From the IMG/VR virus record IMGVR_UViG_3300048625_000103, positions 1 to 62,700 of that record: 62,700 nucleotides of DNA; one strand, 5' to 3'. Positions within the stretch are counted from its first letter, which is position 1; every line of letters begins with the position of its first letter. Below are positions 9,515 to 18,800 of the stretch, piece by piece. Made by a program: the position numbers and the translations under genes. The notes beneath the pieces were generated by a model that did not search any database, was not told the DNA's origin, and saw only the letters and a list, made by a program, of their open reading frames with translations. Origin of the DNA: a virus (taxonomy: Duplodnaviria; Caudoviricetes).

Positions 9515-10155
9515 TGGCCAGCTTGATTCCAACAAAGTCACCGCGTTTACCTGCAAGCCCCGGTCAGCCAGACCGTGGCTACATGGATCAGCTTACAAAC
9601 GTATTGCGCTTGTATTTCAATCAGCTGGACAACATGTTTCAAACGCTGTTTGCGCCTCGTGGTGGCCAATACATCAACAACCCGTATGGTGGCTATCAAA
9701 GCAACGTAACGCAGACGGTGGCGACGATCAATACGCCAACATTGATTTATCTTGAGGTTGCTGACGTAGAGAATGGCACTTATCGGACTGCTGGGGATGG
9801 CATCCACGTAAGGCAAGGTGGTGTTTACAACGTTCAGTTCAGTTCGCAAGTTACAAACGCAGACACGCAGGCGCATGACGCAGCTATTTGGTTCCGTATA
9901 AATGGCGTTGATCATCCGTATTCAAACAGTGTGTTTACCATTTCAGGCACTCACGGAGGTCAACCCGGTTACAGCGTGGTTGCGGCTAACTTTTTCTTTG
10001 AGCTTGTGGCAGAAGATTACATCGAGATGTGGTGGTCAACAAACAGTTTGCAGGTAACTTTGAACACCTTGCCGCCAATCACATCACCATTCACAGCGCC
10101 CGGCGCGCCAGCTGTCGTTTGCACTCTATCATTTGTCTCTTCTCTGTTGACATGA
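9514..10155 (+). CDS. Virion structural protein
   Basis: LRLYFNQLD helix followed by a beta-rich domain (GVYNVQFS); translationally coupled. Confidence 0.55.
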   Translation: MASLIPTKSPRLPASPGQPDRGYMDQLTNVLRLYFNQLDNMFQTLFAPRGGQYINNPYGGYQSNVTQTVATINTPTLIYLEVADVENGTYRTAGDGIHVRQGGVYNVQFSSQVTNADTQAHDAAIWFRINGVDHPYSNSVFTISGTHGGQPGYSVVAANFFFELVAEDYIEMWWSTNSLQVTLNTLPPITSPFTAPGAPAVVCTLSFVSSLLT

Positions 10156-10192
10156 TAGACTTAACCAACCCCAAATTACCTAGGTTTTCCTT

Positions 10193-11419
10193 ATGAAAAC
10201 AAACTATTCTCGTCGTGAACTTTATGCTCTTGGAGAGCCTATTGGTGAGAGCTCGACTCGCATTGAGGTTGATCGTCGCGTGTATGGTGGCGGCGGCGGG
10301 ATTCTTGGTGATGTAACAGGTGCGATTGGGGATCTTGGTCAAGGTGCAATTGATGTCGTAAAGGACACCGGATCTACACTTGATGATTTGGCTCACAAAT
10401 CTACTTCCGCAGTGGATACACAGGTGCGTAAAACTATTCCCGGAGGTTGGGCTACGGTAGCCGCTCTGGCGGGAGCTAATGGCGCTGGTTTATTTGATGC
10501 TGCTGCCGCGGGTGGTGGGGCTGGTGCTGGATACGAAGCTGGTGTTGGTGGTACAAATTTGTTTGCTGACGGTGCAATTCCGGGTAATGCTGCGGATTTG
10601 GCTGGTGCCGGTGGAATTGACTTGGGTGGTGGAATTAGCCTTGGAGCAGATGGAAGCGTACTTGGTGGAACCTTTACTGGTGGCTCTGGATTAACTGGCA
10701 ATGCGGCAACTGATGCGCTTACAGGTTTATCTGGTGGATCTGGCGTTGGTGGTTATCTGAGCAATCTTCTGGGTAAATCTATCACTGGAAGTCCCGGTGG
10801 ATTGAGTTTGGGCGGCGCCGGTCTTGGGGCTGCTGGTTTGGCTGCCTTGATGAGCTATCTCAAGGCTGACAATGCTCGATATGGCACGCCCGGCCGTCAA
10901 GATAATGTTGGCGCCATGGGTCAATTCAAATACAACCCAGCCTCCTTTTCCGCTACACGACCCGATCCTTCCATGTTTCGCGCGCTTGGTGTTCCAACGG
11001 CAAAGGTCGGTTATGCAGATGGCGGACCAATTCAAGTTGGCCAAAACGGCCCAATGGAGCAGCAGCAGCAAGTCCCAACTCCAGATGCAGTTCCTTCGTA
11101 CATGAACTCAAATGTCGTGATGATGGCGCGCGGTGGAATCTCTAGCCTTGGCGGCTACTCGGATGGCGGCCGTATGTTGAAGGGGCCGGGCGATGGAATG
11201 TCGGATTCAATCCCAGCCTCTATCGCGGGTAAGCAGCCAGCACGTTTGGCTGATTCTGAATTTGTTGTTCCAGCAGATGTTGTTTCTCATTTGGGAAATG
11301 GATCTTCGGATGCTGGCGCCAAGAAGCTTTATCAGATGATGGACAAGGTTCGACAAGCCCGAACCGGCCGAAAGACACAAGGTAAGCAGATTAACGCAGA
11401 CAAGTTCTTGCCAAGATGA
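10193..11419 (+). CDS. Internal virion/ejection protein (Gly-rich) with conserved-looking C-terminal domain
   Basis: Gly/Ala-rich hydrophobic stretches; GPGDGMSDSIPA...ARLADSEFVVPADVVS domain; leader shared with 11829. Confidence 0.65.
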   Translation: MKTNYSRRELYALGEPIGESSTRIEVDRRVYGGGGGILGDVTGAIGDLGQGAIDVVKDTGSTLDDLAHKSTSAVDTQVRKTIPGGWATVAALAGANGAGLFDAAAAGGGAGAGYEAGVGGTNLFADGAIPGNAADLAGAGGIDLGGGISLGADGSVLGGTFTGGSGLTGNAATDALTGLSGGSGVGGYLSNLLGKSITGSPGGLSLGGAGLGAAGLAALMSYLKADNARYGTPGRQDNVGAMGQFKYNPASFSATRPDPSMFRALGVPTAKVGYADGGPIQVGQNGPMEQQQQVPTPDAVPSYMNSNVVMMARGGISSLGGYSDGGRMLKGPGDGMSDSIPASIAGKQPARLADSEFVVPADVVSHLGNGSSDAGAKKLYQMMDKVRQARTGRKTQGKQINADKFLPR

Positions 11420-11832
11420 CATTGAAGCTGGAGCCTATTCAGGCACATCATGTTGCTGTGTTGTGGCCCAAGTTGGAGCCACACATAGCGGACGCCTTAG
11501 ATAAGGCTGATGTTAAAGAATATGGATCTGAGCACGTCAAATATTTTCTTGAGCAAGGACATTGGTTGGCAATTGGATTCTTTGACGAAAGCTACGAGCT
11601 GCATGGTGCGGCCACGGTTTCGTTTGTGAGCTATCCGAATTTCAAGGTTGCATTCATTACTGCTATTGGTGGCAGATTGATTGCAAACCAAGACACGTTC
11701 AATCAGTTGAAATCTATTTGTAAAACGCATGGCGCAACAAAGTTGCAAGGCTATGCTCGTGAGTCAGTTGCGCGTTTGTGGAAGCGATTGGGCTTTGAAA
11801 ACCGTGCCATTTTGGTGGAAGCAAAACTATGA
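11416..11832 (+). CDS. GNAT-fold acyltransferase-like protein
   Basis: 138 aa; ARLWKRLGF end resembles GNAT motif B; located among ejection genes. Confidence 0.5.
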   Translation: MTLKLEPIQAHHVAVLWPKLEPHIADALDKADVKEYGSEHVKYFLEQGHWLAIGFFDESYELHGAATVSFVSYPNFKVAFITAIGGRLIANQDTFNQLKSICKTHGATKLQGYARESVARLWKRLGFENRAILVEAKL

Positions 11833-13595
11833 AAACCTCTTTTTCTCGTCGTGAACTTTACGCTTTTGGCGAAGCGCTGGGTGATTCAGCAACCCGTCAA
11901 GTTGCTGGTCGTCGTATTTATGGTGGCGGCGGTGGTGCATCTTCCATTTCGACAAGTGCCTTTTCTCCAACGCAAACATCCAATCCAAGCGTAAACCCAA
12001 GCGTGAGCCCGCTGTCTCAGAACGATGCTCAGCAGGGCGTGGCTGGATACGCTCAGCCATACGTCAACACCATGCTTGGTGCGACGATGCAGAACTTGTT
12101 TAACTACGACCAGAGCGGTAATGCCACCGGCTTGCAACAGTACAACCCGTACAGCTACAACCCATCTGACTACGTTGCTGGATTCTCTCCTTTGCAGCAG
12201 CAAGCTCAGCAAGGCGTATCCAATCTTCAGAATCCATACCAAGCTCAGCAAGCAACAGGCTATGCAAATCAAGCCATCCAAGGCTTGCTGGGCCAGCAAT
12301 ACAACCCTCAAACTGGCGGCTACCAATCTGTTGGCGCATCACAGTTCCAAGCCCCAAATCAACTGCAAGCGCAGAATGTTTCAGCAGAGCGCGTAAATGC
12401 ACCTCAACTGCAAGCACTGAGCATGAATGCTGCCGGTAATGTGGGCACGCAAAGCTTTACGCAACCCGGCGCGGCAGGTCAGTACATGTCTCCGTACATG
12501 CAAAACGTTGTCGATACCCAGACTCGTGAAGCGCAGCGTCAAGCAGATATTGCATCTACCAAGCGAGGTGCACAGGCAGCTGGCGCAGGAGCGTTTGGCG
12601 GATCGCGAATGGCCATTGAGAATGCAGAAGCTGCACGCAACTTGGCAACCCAAAAGGGCGACATTCAAGCAACTGGTTCTCAGGCTGCGTACAACAATGC
12701 TCAACAGCAATTTAACGCTGAACAGCAGGCTCGACTTCAGGCCAACTTGGCAAACCAAGGTGTGCAACAACAAGCAAATCTGCAAAACCTTTCTGCTGGC
12801 TTACAGACTCAAGGTCTTGGTGCGCAAACAGGATTGCAAGCGCAACAGGCAAACCAACAAACAGGTCTTCAGGCTTTGCTGGCAAATCAGCAGGCTGGCC
12901 TACAAGCTGGCCAAGCCAATCAAAACATGCAGTACAACACTGGCCTGCAAAATGCCCAGCTGTCGCAGCAAGCAAACTTGGCCAATCAATCTGCTTCTCA
13001 GCAGGCTCAGCAATTGGCGGCACAGCAGCAGCAATTTGGCGCGAACTATGGTCTACAAGGTCTGCAAGGTGCATTGTCTGGTGCTACCGCTTTGGGCAAT
13101 TTGGGTACATCAAACCTGAATAACCAACTTGGCATTTTGAATGCTCAGCAAGCGGCCGGACTCACCCAGCAGCAGCAGCAGCAAAACATCATCAATCAAG
13201 GCGTGCAGAACTATCAAACTGCACAGCAGTATCCAATGACGCAACTGACACAGATGAAAAACATCTTGTCTGGCTTGCCGATCACAACTACGTCTACGCA
13301 AAACTATCAGGCTGCTCCGTCAAACCTTTCCAACTTGGTTGGCTTGGGTCTTGGTGGTGCCGGTATTGCTCAGCTGCTTGGTGGCGGAAGCTCCGGAACA
13401 ACGGGTGGTGGTAACGCATTATCTGGATTGCTTAACCAAGGTGCCAGCGCAATTGGTGGCGGCTTGTCGAGTGCGGCAACTGGTATCGGAAATTGGTGGA
13501 ATGGCCTAAACTTTGCTGAAGGCGGCAAAATCAATTCTCAAACGAACGGCTCTGGTCTTAGCGATCTCGGCATTTACAACGCAATGAACAAGTAA
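11829..13595 (+). CDS. Gln-rich ejection/DNA pilot protein
   Basis: YMSPYMQNVV, GAFGGSR, many QANQQxGLQA repeats, C-terminal Gly-rich hydrophobic segments. Confidence 0.7.
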   Translation: MKTSFSRRELYAFGEALGDSATRQVAGRRIYGGGGGASSISTSAFSPTQTSNPSVNPSVSPLSQNDAQQGVAGYAQPYVNTMLGATMQNLFNYDQSGNATGLQQYNPYSYNPSDYVAGFSPLQQQAQQGVSNLQNPYQAQQATGYANQAIQGLLGQQYNPQTGGYQSVGASQFQAPNQLQAQNVSAERVNAPQLQALSMNAAGNVGTQSFTQPGAAGQYMSPYMQNVVDTQTREAQRQADIASTKRGAQAAGAGAFGGSRMAIENAEAARNLATQKGDIQATGSQAAYNNAQQQFNAEQQARLQANLANQGVQQQANLQNLSAGLQTQGLGAQTGLQAQQANQQTGLQALLANQQAGLQAGQANQNMQYNTGLQNAQLSQQANLANQSASQQAQQLAAQQQQFGANYGLQGLQGALSGATALGNLGTSNLNNQLGILNAQQAAGLTQQQQQQNIINQGVQNYQTAQQYPMTQLTQMKNILSGLPITTTSTQNYQAAPSNLSNLVGLGLGGAGIAQLLGGGSSGTTGGGNALSGLLNQGASAIGGGLSSAATGIGNWWNGLNFAEGGKINSQTNGSGLSDLGIYNAMNK

Positions 13596-13604
13596 GGAAT
13601 AGCC

Positions 13605-15824
13605 ATGATTGGTAGCACTTTTAGTCAAATGGCCAACGCTGAAAAGCTGTCTCCGCAGCAGCTTCAGATGGCTATTCAACATGGCACGATTCCTTCTTAC
13701 ATCGGCATTCCGTTGTTGCAAGAAAAGATGAAGCAGTCTCAAGAGGCTCAAGCTTTGGCCGGTGGTCAGCAAAAGCCTTCGATTGCTCAACAGATCATGC
13801 AACAAGCTCAGTCTCAGCAAGGTGTAGGCGGCTTACCTAGCGGCCTTCCTGTAGAGGGTATGGCTGGTGGTGGCATCGTTGCATTTGCTGATGGCGGCAT
13901 GTCCGGCATGGATGATGAAGAAGATAGCTACGAAGACTACATGGATGCTGCCCATCAATCCGAAGTTAATGACTTGCTGGATGAAGCAACTCAAGCTCTG
14001 GGTAGCAGGTCAGCAGCGCGCGCACCTGAGATGCAAGAAGCAGCTCGTGAAGTTCGTGCCAATCCTTCTGTTGGCGGCTTGGAAGCTTTGGCTTTGGAAA
14101 AGAACAAAGGCCATAACGCAACTGAGCGTTTGATTCAGCACGTCATGCAAAAAGAAACTGGCGGTCTGAAAGATCGTGCCAATGCCGTTTCTCCTGCTGG
14201 CGCCATGGGTGTGATGCAGTTGATGCCCGGCACAGCCAAAGATCTTGGTGTGCGAGATCCATTTAACGCAGAGCAAAACATTGAAGGCGGCGTCAAGTAT
14301 TTGGCCCAGCTCGAGCGCAAGTACAAAGATCCTAAGTTGGCCGCCATGGCATACAACTGGGGACCGGGTAACGTTGATAAGTGGCTGATGGCTGGCGCTG
14401 ACATGTCAAAGCTTCCTCGCGAGACTCAAGGCTACGTCAAGGGATTGGCTGAAGGTGGCATCACTGAGGATGATTATTCAACAATTGAAGGTCTTGAGCC
14501 AAGTGATCTCTTGGAGATGGCTCGCCGTAAGGTTGCTGAAAGCGTTCCAAAAAGGGAAGGTTTCAAGGCTCCTGCTAAAAATGCTCCTTCTCTTTCCAAG
14601 GATGCGATGGATCGACTCAATGAGGCTGATCTTTCAAACATTCCCGGCATGGAGGCTGGAAATCTTTACGCGAATGAAATGGCACGCATTCCAAAAGAGC
14701 CACCACAGAAAGCTCCAACATCAAAGGCTGGAATTACATACGCGCCAAACGCTGGCATGGGTAATGTGACGCCTAGCCGATACATTCCAAAAGAATCAAA
14801 CGAAGCTCCCTCCGAGTATCAACAGCAGATGGGTAACGTTGCCGGTTTCTTTGGTGACATTGGCAAGAATGTTTTGGGTGGAATCGGAACCCTTGGCAAA
14901 CATTTGGTCAGCGCGCCGGGCTATGGTTTTAGCAGTCAGTCCACTCCTTCGGTAGCTCAGGTGGCAAAAGTTGTTTCTCAGTTGCCTGCTGGTAATGTTG
15001 ACTTGTTGGCTGCGGATGCTCAGCGCCGTGCTGCTGCACAGCGAATGGCGGCTCAACGTCAGAGCCCAATTGATGAAGGGTACTTGAGTGGTATTGATAT
15101 TGGTGGTGCTGGCAGCAGTCCTGCAAATATGGGTGCACCTATGGATGCGACATCTCAAGCTTCTCAAGCTGGTGCTGCGGCCGCGGCGCCAGTAAACCCC
15201 CAGCAAGAGATTTTGGATATTCTCAAAGCTCGTCAAGAGAACTTGGGTAAGCAACGTGAGCAAGATCGTGCCATGGCTTTGCTATCGGCTGGTCTCGGCA
15301 TCATGGGTGGTCAATCGCCTCATGCTTTGGCAAACATTGGTGCTGGTGCACAGCATGGCATCCAGTCTTTGGCTCAGTCAAATGCCGCGCGTACAGCAGA
15401 AGAAAACGCCATCTTGTCTGGTCGTTTAGGCTTGGCCAAGCTCGGCTCGGCAGCGGAAGACAAGAAAGCCATGATGGATCTACGTCGTGAGTTGGCAAAT
15501 CAAACCAATGAGCGTCTAACGCAAGCCGGTCAAGAGCAGGCCCATTTACGCCAGTCTGGCTTGGAAGAGCGCACACGTAAAGATCTGGCAAATCAACTTG
15601 CTCAAATGGAAAAGTTGGCGACAACAAGATATTTGGCCAAGATGAAAAATCAGATCATTCCCGGGCAAGAGAATGTTATCGAAGCTCAGGCCATGGAGGC
15701 TCTGTATTCAGATCCTGCTTACCGTGCGTTGTACAAAAAAGTTCACGGCATGGACCCAATGGGTGCTGGCGGAATGGAGTCAAAGGGCGATAATGCAGGT
15801 TGGTCAATCAAGCCTAAATCATAA
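13605..15824 (+). CDS. Ejection protein with soluble lytic transglycosylase (SLT) domain
   Basis: ETGG...AVSPAGAMGVMQLMPGTA...AYNWGPGNV...ETQGYV SLT motifs. Confidence 0.85.
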   Translation: MIGSTFSQMANAEKLSPQQLQMAIQHGTIPSYIGIPLLQEKMKQSQEAQALAGGQQKPSIAQQIMQQAQSQQGVGGLPSGLPVEGMAGGGIVAFADGGMSGMDDEEDSYEDYMDAAHQSEVNDLLDEATQALGSRSAARAPEMQEAAREVRANPSVGGLEALALEKNKGHNATERLIQHVMQKETGGLKDRANAVSPAGAMGVMQLMPGTAKDLGVRDPFNAEQNIEGGVKYLAQLERKYKDPKLAAMAYNWGPGNVDKWLMAGADMSKLPRETQGYVKGLAEGGITEDDYSTIEGLEPSDLLEMARRKVAESVPKREGFKAPAKNAPSLSKDAMDRLNEADLSNIPGMEAGNLYANEMARIPKEPPQKAPTSKAGITYAPNAGMGNVTPSRYIPKESNEAPSEYQQQMGNVAGFFGDIGKNVLGGIGTLGKHLVSAPGYGFSSQSTPSVAQVAKVVSQLPAGNVDLLAADAQRRAAAQRMAAQRQSPIDEGYLSGIDIGGAGSSPANMGAPMDATSQASQAGAAAAAPVNPQQEILDILKARQENLGKQREQDRAMALLSAGLGIMGGQSPHALANIGAGAQHGIQSLAQSNAARTAEENAILSGRLGLAKLGSAAEDKKAMMDLRRELANQTNERLTQAGQEQAHLRQSGLEERTRKDLANQLAQMEKLATTRYLAKMKNQIIPGQENVIEAQAMEALYSDPAYRALYKKVHGMDPMGAGGMESKGDNAGWSIKPKS

Positions 15825-15836
15825 AAGGAGCCTTTA

Positions 15837-18800
15837 ATGCCGACCTATGAAGTAACGTCGCCAGACGGTCGTACATTTGAGGTTAACGCACCAGAAGGGG
15901 CATCGCAAAAAGACATTCTTGCGTATGCTCAATCAAACTTTGAAAAGTTTGCGCCAAAAGAAACTATTGGCGGAAACTTAAAAGAAGCTCTCAAGGGCGT
16001 TGTTCCCGGTGGCATTGGCTTGCTCGAAACTGCTGGCGCTGGTGCTGCTGCGTTGCTTCCTGAAGAATACGAAAAACCAACACGTCAGTTCATTCAAGAG
16101 GCTGCTACTGCTGGCAAGAAGCCATTTGAAGCCGCACCCGGCTATCAAGAATCCATCGGAAGGAAGATTGGTGAAGGCGTTGGCTCTACGCTTCCATTCT
16201 TTGCTTTGGGTCCATTGGGCTTGGCTGGTCGCGCTGCTGGTGCTGGACTTGGTGTTGCTGCGGGTGCCGGTGAAGCTCGTCTTGGCGCTGAAGCTAAGGG
16301 CGCAACGCCTGAAGAGCGGCGTACAGCTACGCAGCTTGGTGCACCAGTTGGTCTGCTGGATATTCTGGCCCCAGAGATTGGCCCATTGAAAGGCGTATTG
16401 ACCACTGCATTGGCGCGCGGCGGTGTCGAGGGTGCAACAGAAGCTGCACAAAAGATTGCACAGAACTTGATTGCAAAAGGCATCTACGATCCTAAGCAGG
16501 ATGTTCTTGCCGGTTCCGGTGAAGAGGGTGCTTATGGTGCTGGCGTCGGCGCACTTGCCAGTTTGATTGTTGATTTGACACTTGGCCGTAAAGCACATGG
16601 GGTATCAGCAAAGCCTGCCGCAACAGCTGGTGTTCCATTGGAACAGGCTCAGCCTTTACCCGAAGTTGAAGCCAAAGAGCCGCTGGCACTTGGAATGGCT
16701 CAGCCGTTCACTCCTGTTTCTTTACCTGATGGTTCCGTGGCCATGACGCAAGCAGACTTGGATGCTTACGAGCAGTCTCAGTTTGCAAACAAGTACGCTC
16801 CACAGCCAGCAGAAAAGGCTCCCGCCTTAGCTCTTGGAATGGGTGCTCCATTTACGCCTATCGCTCTTCCGGATGGCTCTGTGGCCATGACAAAAGAAGA
16901 CTTAGACGCGTACCAAAACAAACAGTTTGAAGAGAAGTATCGTCCTCAAGCTGTTGAGCAACAAGCCCCCGGCCTAGAGGCAGCAACTCCAGCTGGTGCA
17001 CAAGTACCGGCCGCCATGGCTGCTTTTACCGGAGCTCCAAATGCCAACTTGAGCATGATGGAACAGGTGCGCGCGCAAAAAGCAGAGCAAGTCAAGCAAG
17101 AAGTAAAAGCTCAGCAGGCCAAAGTAAAAGAGGTGATGAATACTGAGTTCAGCGCTGATCCTTTGCAGGATGCACTGGCACGTCAAAAGGCGCTTGAGCA
17201 GCTTGGCATTCCTCCTGTTCAAGCTCAGCAAGCTGTTGCCACAAAGACAGAGCCGAAGGTGTCTGAGCCTCCAGCTTTTGTTGAGGCAAAGCCAGCCAAG
17301 TTAACCAAAGAACAGCAAAAGCCAATTTACTCTCCAGAAGAGATTGCCGACGTTAAAGACGCGCGCGCTGCTTTGAAGGATGTCAATGCCCAAATCTCCA
17401 AAGCCAAGGAAGAGGGCACGGATCTGTTCAATCGCTTGAAGGGTGTGCTGCCGCCAGATGAGGTGCACAACATTCTTCCGGAAGAGAAGAAAGGCCGCGT
17501 TGGTACGCTTGCAAGCAAATCGGCCGGTACGCCATTGTCTAGTCTTGTGGCTGATGGATCTTTGAATGAGTTTCTGCCGCCTGATATGCGGATCACAGAA
17601 CCCGGCCAAGATGAAACACCCGGCGTCGAGTACATCACGCAAGCTATTCAAAACGGCGACACGAAATCATTTGATAGCAAGGTTGCTTTGACGCAACTAG
17701 AGAAGGCAAAGCAAGAGCTGAAGTCTCGTGTTGAGCAACCGGCTGCCGAGCGTGAAGCAAACTTGAATCTTGGCCAAGTGGCTGAAGAGCAAGCTGGCGT
17801 AGAAGGTTTGCCCATTGATGATCTGCTGGCTTATGCGCAACAGCAGGGCATCGACACGGACTCAATTGTTGAGAATGTCGCAACTCGCAATCAAGACGCA
17901 ACCACAGAGCAATACCACGGTGAAGTGCGTAAGGCATTGATTTCTGAGGTCAATAGTCGCGCGGGTTCAGCAAGCCAGACATTGGCATCTGTTGGTGCTG
18001 GCGAGAAGGGGTTGAATGCGAGCAAGGAAGAGCTGGACATGCAAAAGGCATTGACCGGCAAGACCATGGCTCAAGCTGCTCAGTACGTTATTGATAACGC
18101 ACCAAACGCTTTCTACAAGTTCGTTGGTAAAAGGGTTTTGTCAAAGCTGAACCAAATGCGTTCGCATGGCATCATCATGAACTTCTCGGTTGAGGGCGGT
18201 ACAAATCGACCAAGCAGTTTGTATGCTGCCAATGGCTTGTCAAAGTTTGTGTTTGGCCAAGACGGTAAACCTTCGTCGTTCACTGTTTTGCTGAATGGTG
18301 CACCTGTAGTTAAGAACCAGAATGGCTATCCATCTGGCATGAACTACAAGACCTTGCTTCATGAGTTGTTGCACGTAGCAACTCAAGCGGAGGTGCGATT
18401 CTTGAACTACACGGACTCAAATCATCCTGCTGTTCGTGAATTGATTCGCCTGTACAACACTGTTGCTGGCGAGTTGATTTCTCAAGAGAAGGCTGGCAAG
18501 TTGCCTGAGTTTCTTGTTGACTTCCGCAAGGGAAACAACAACGCACTTAGCTCTCCAGATGAAATGCTTGCTTGGTCCATGACTGATGACCGCATGCAAA
18601 AGTGGATGAGCGAAATCAAGGTTGGCGAGAAGTCTTTGTTCAGCAAGATCATTGAGTTGATCCGCAACGTCATGGGCATCTCAAAGCCATTTGAAACAGC
18701 CTTGGATCGCCTCGTCAGCACAACAGATCAGATCATTGACATTGACGTCCAGCAGACTGCTGATGGCATGGAAAAGCGCGGCTATTCATTTGGCCCAAAG

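Noticed and set aside
10208-10225. SRRELY as a Tat signal peptide
   Set aside because: Twin arginines are present but no hydrophobic h-region follows, and the proteins look virion-internal.
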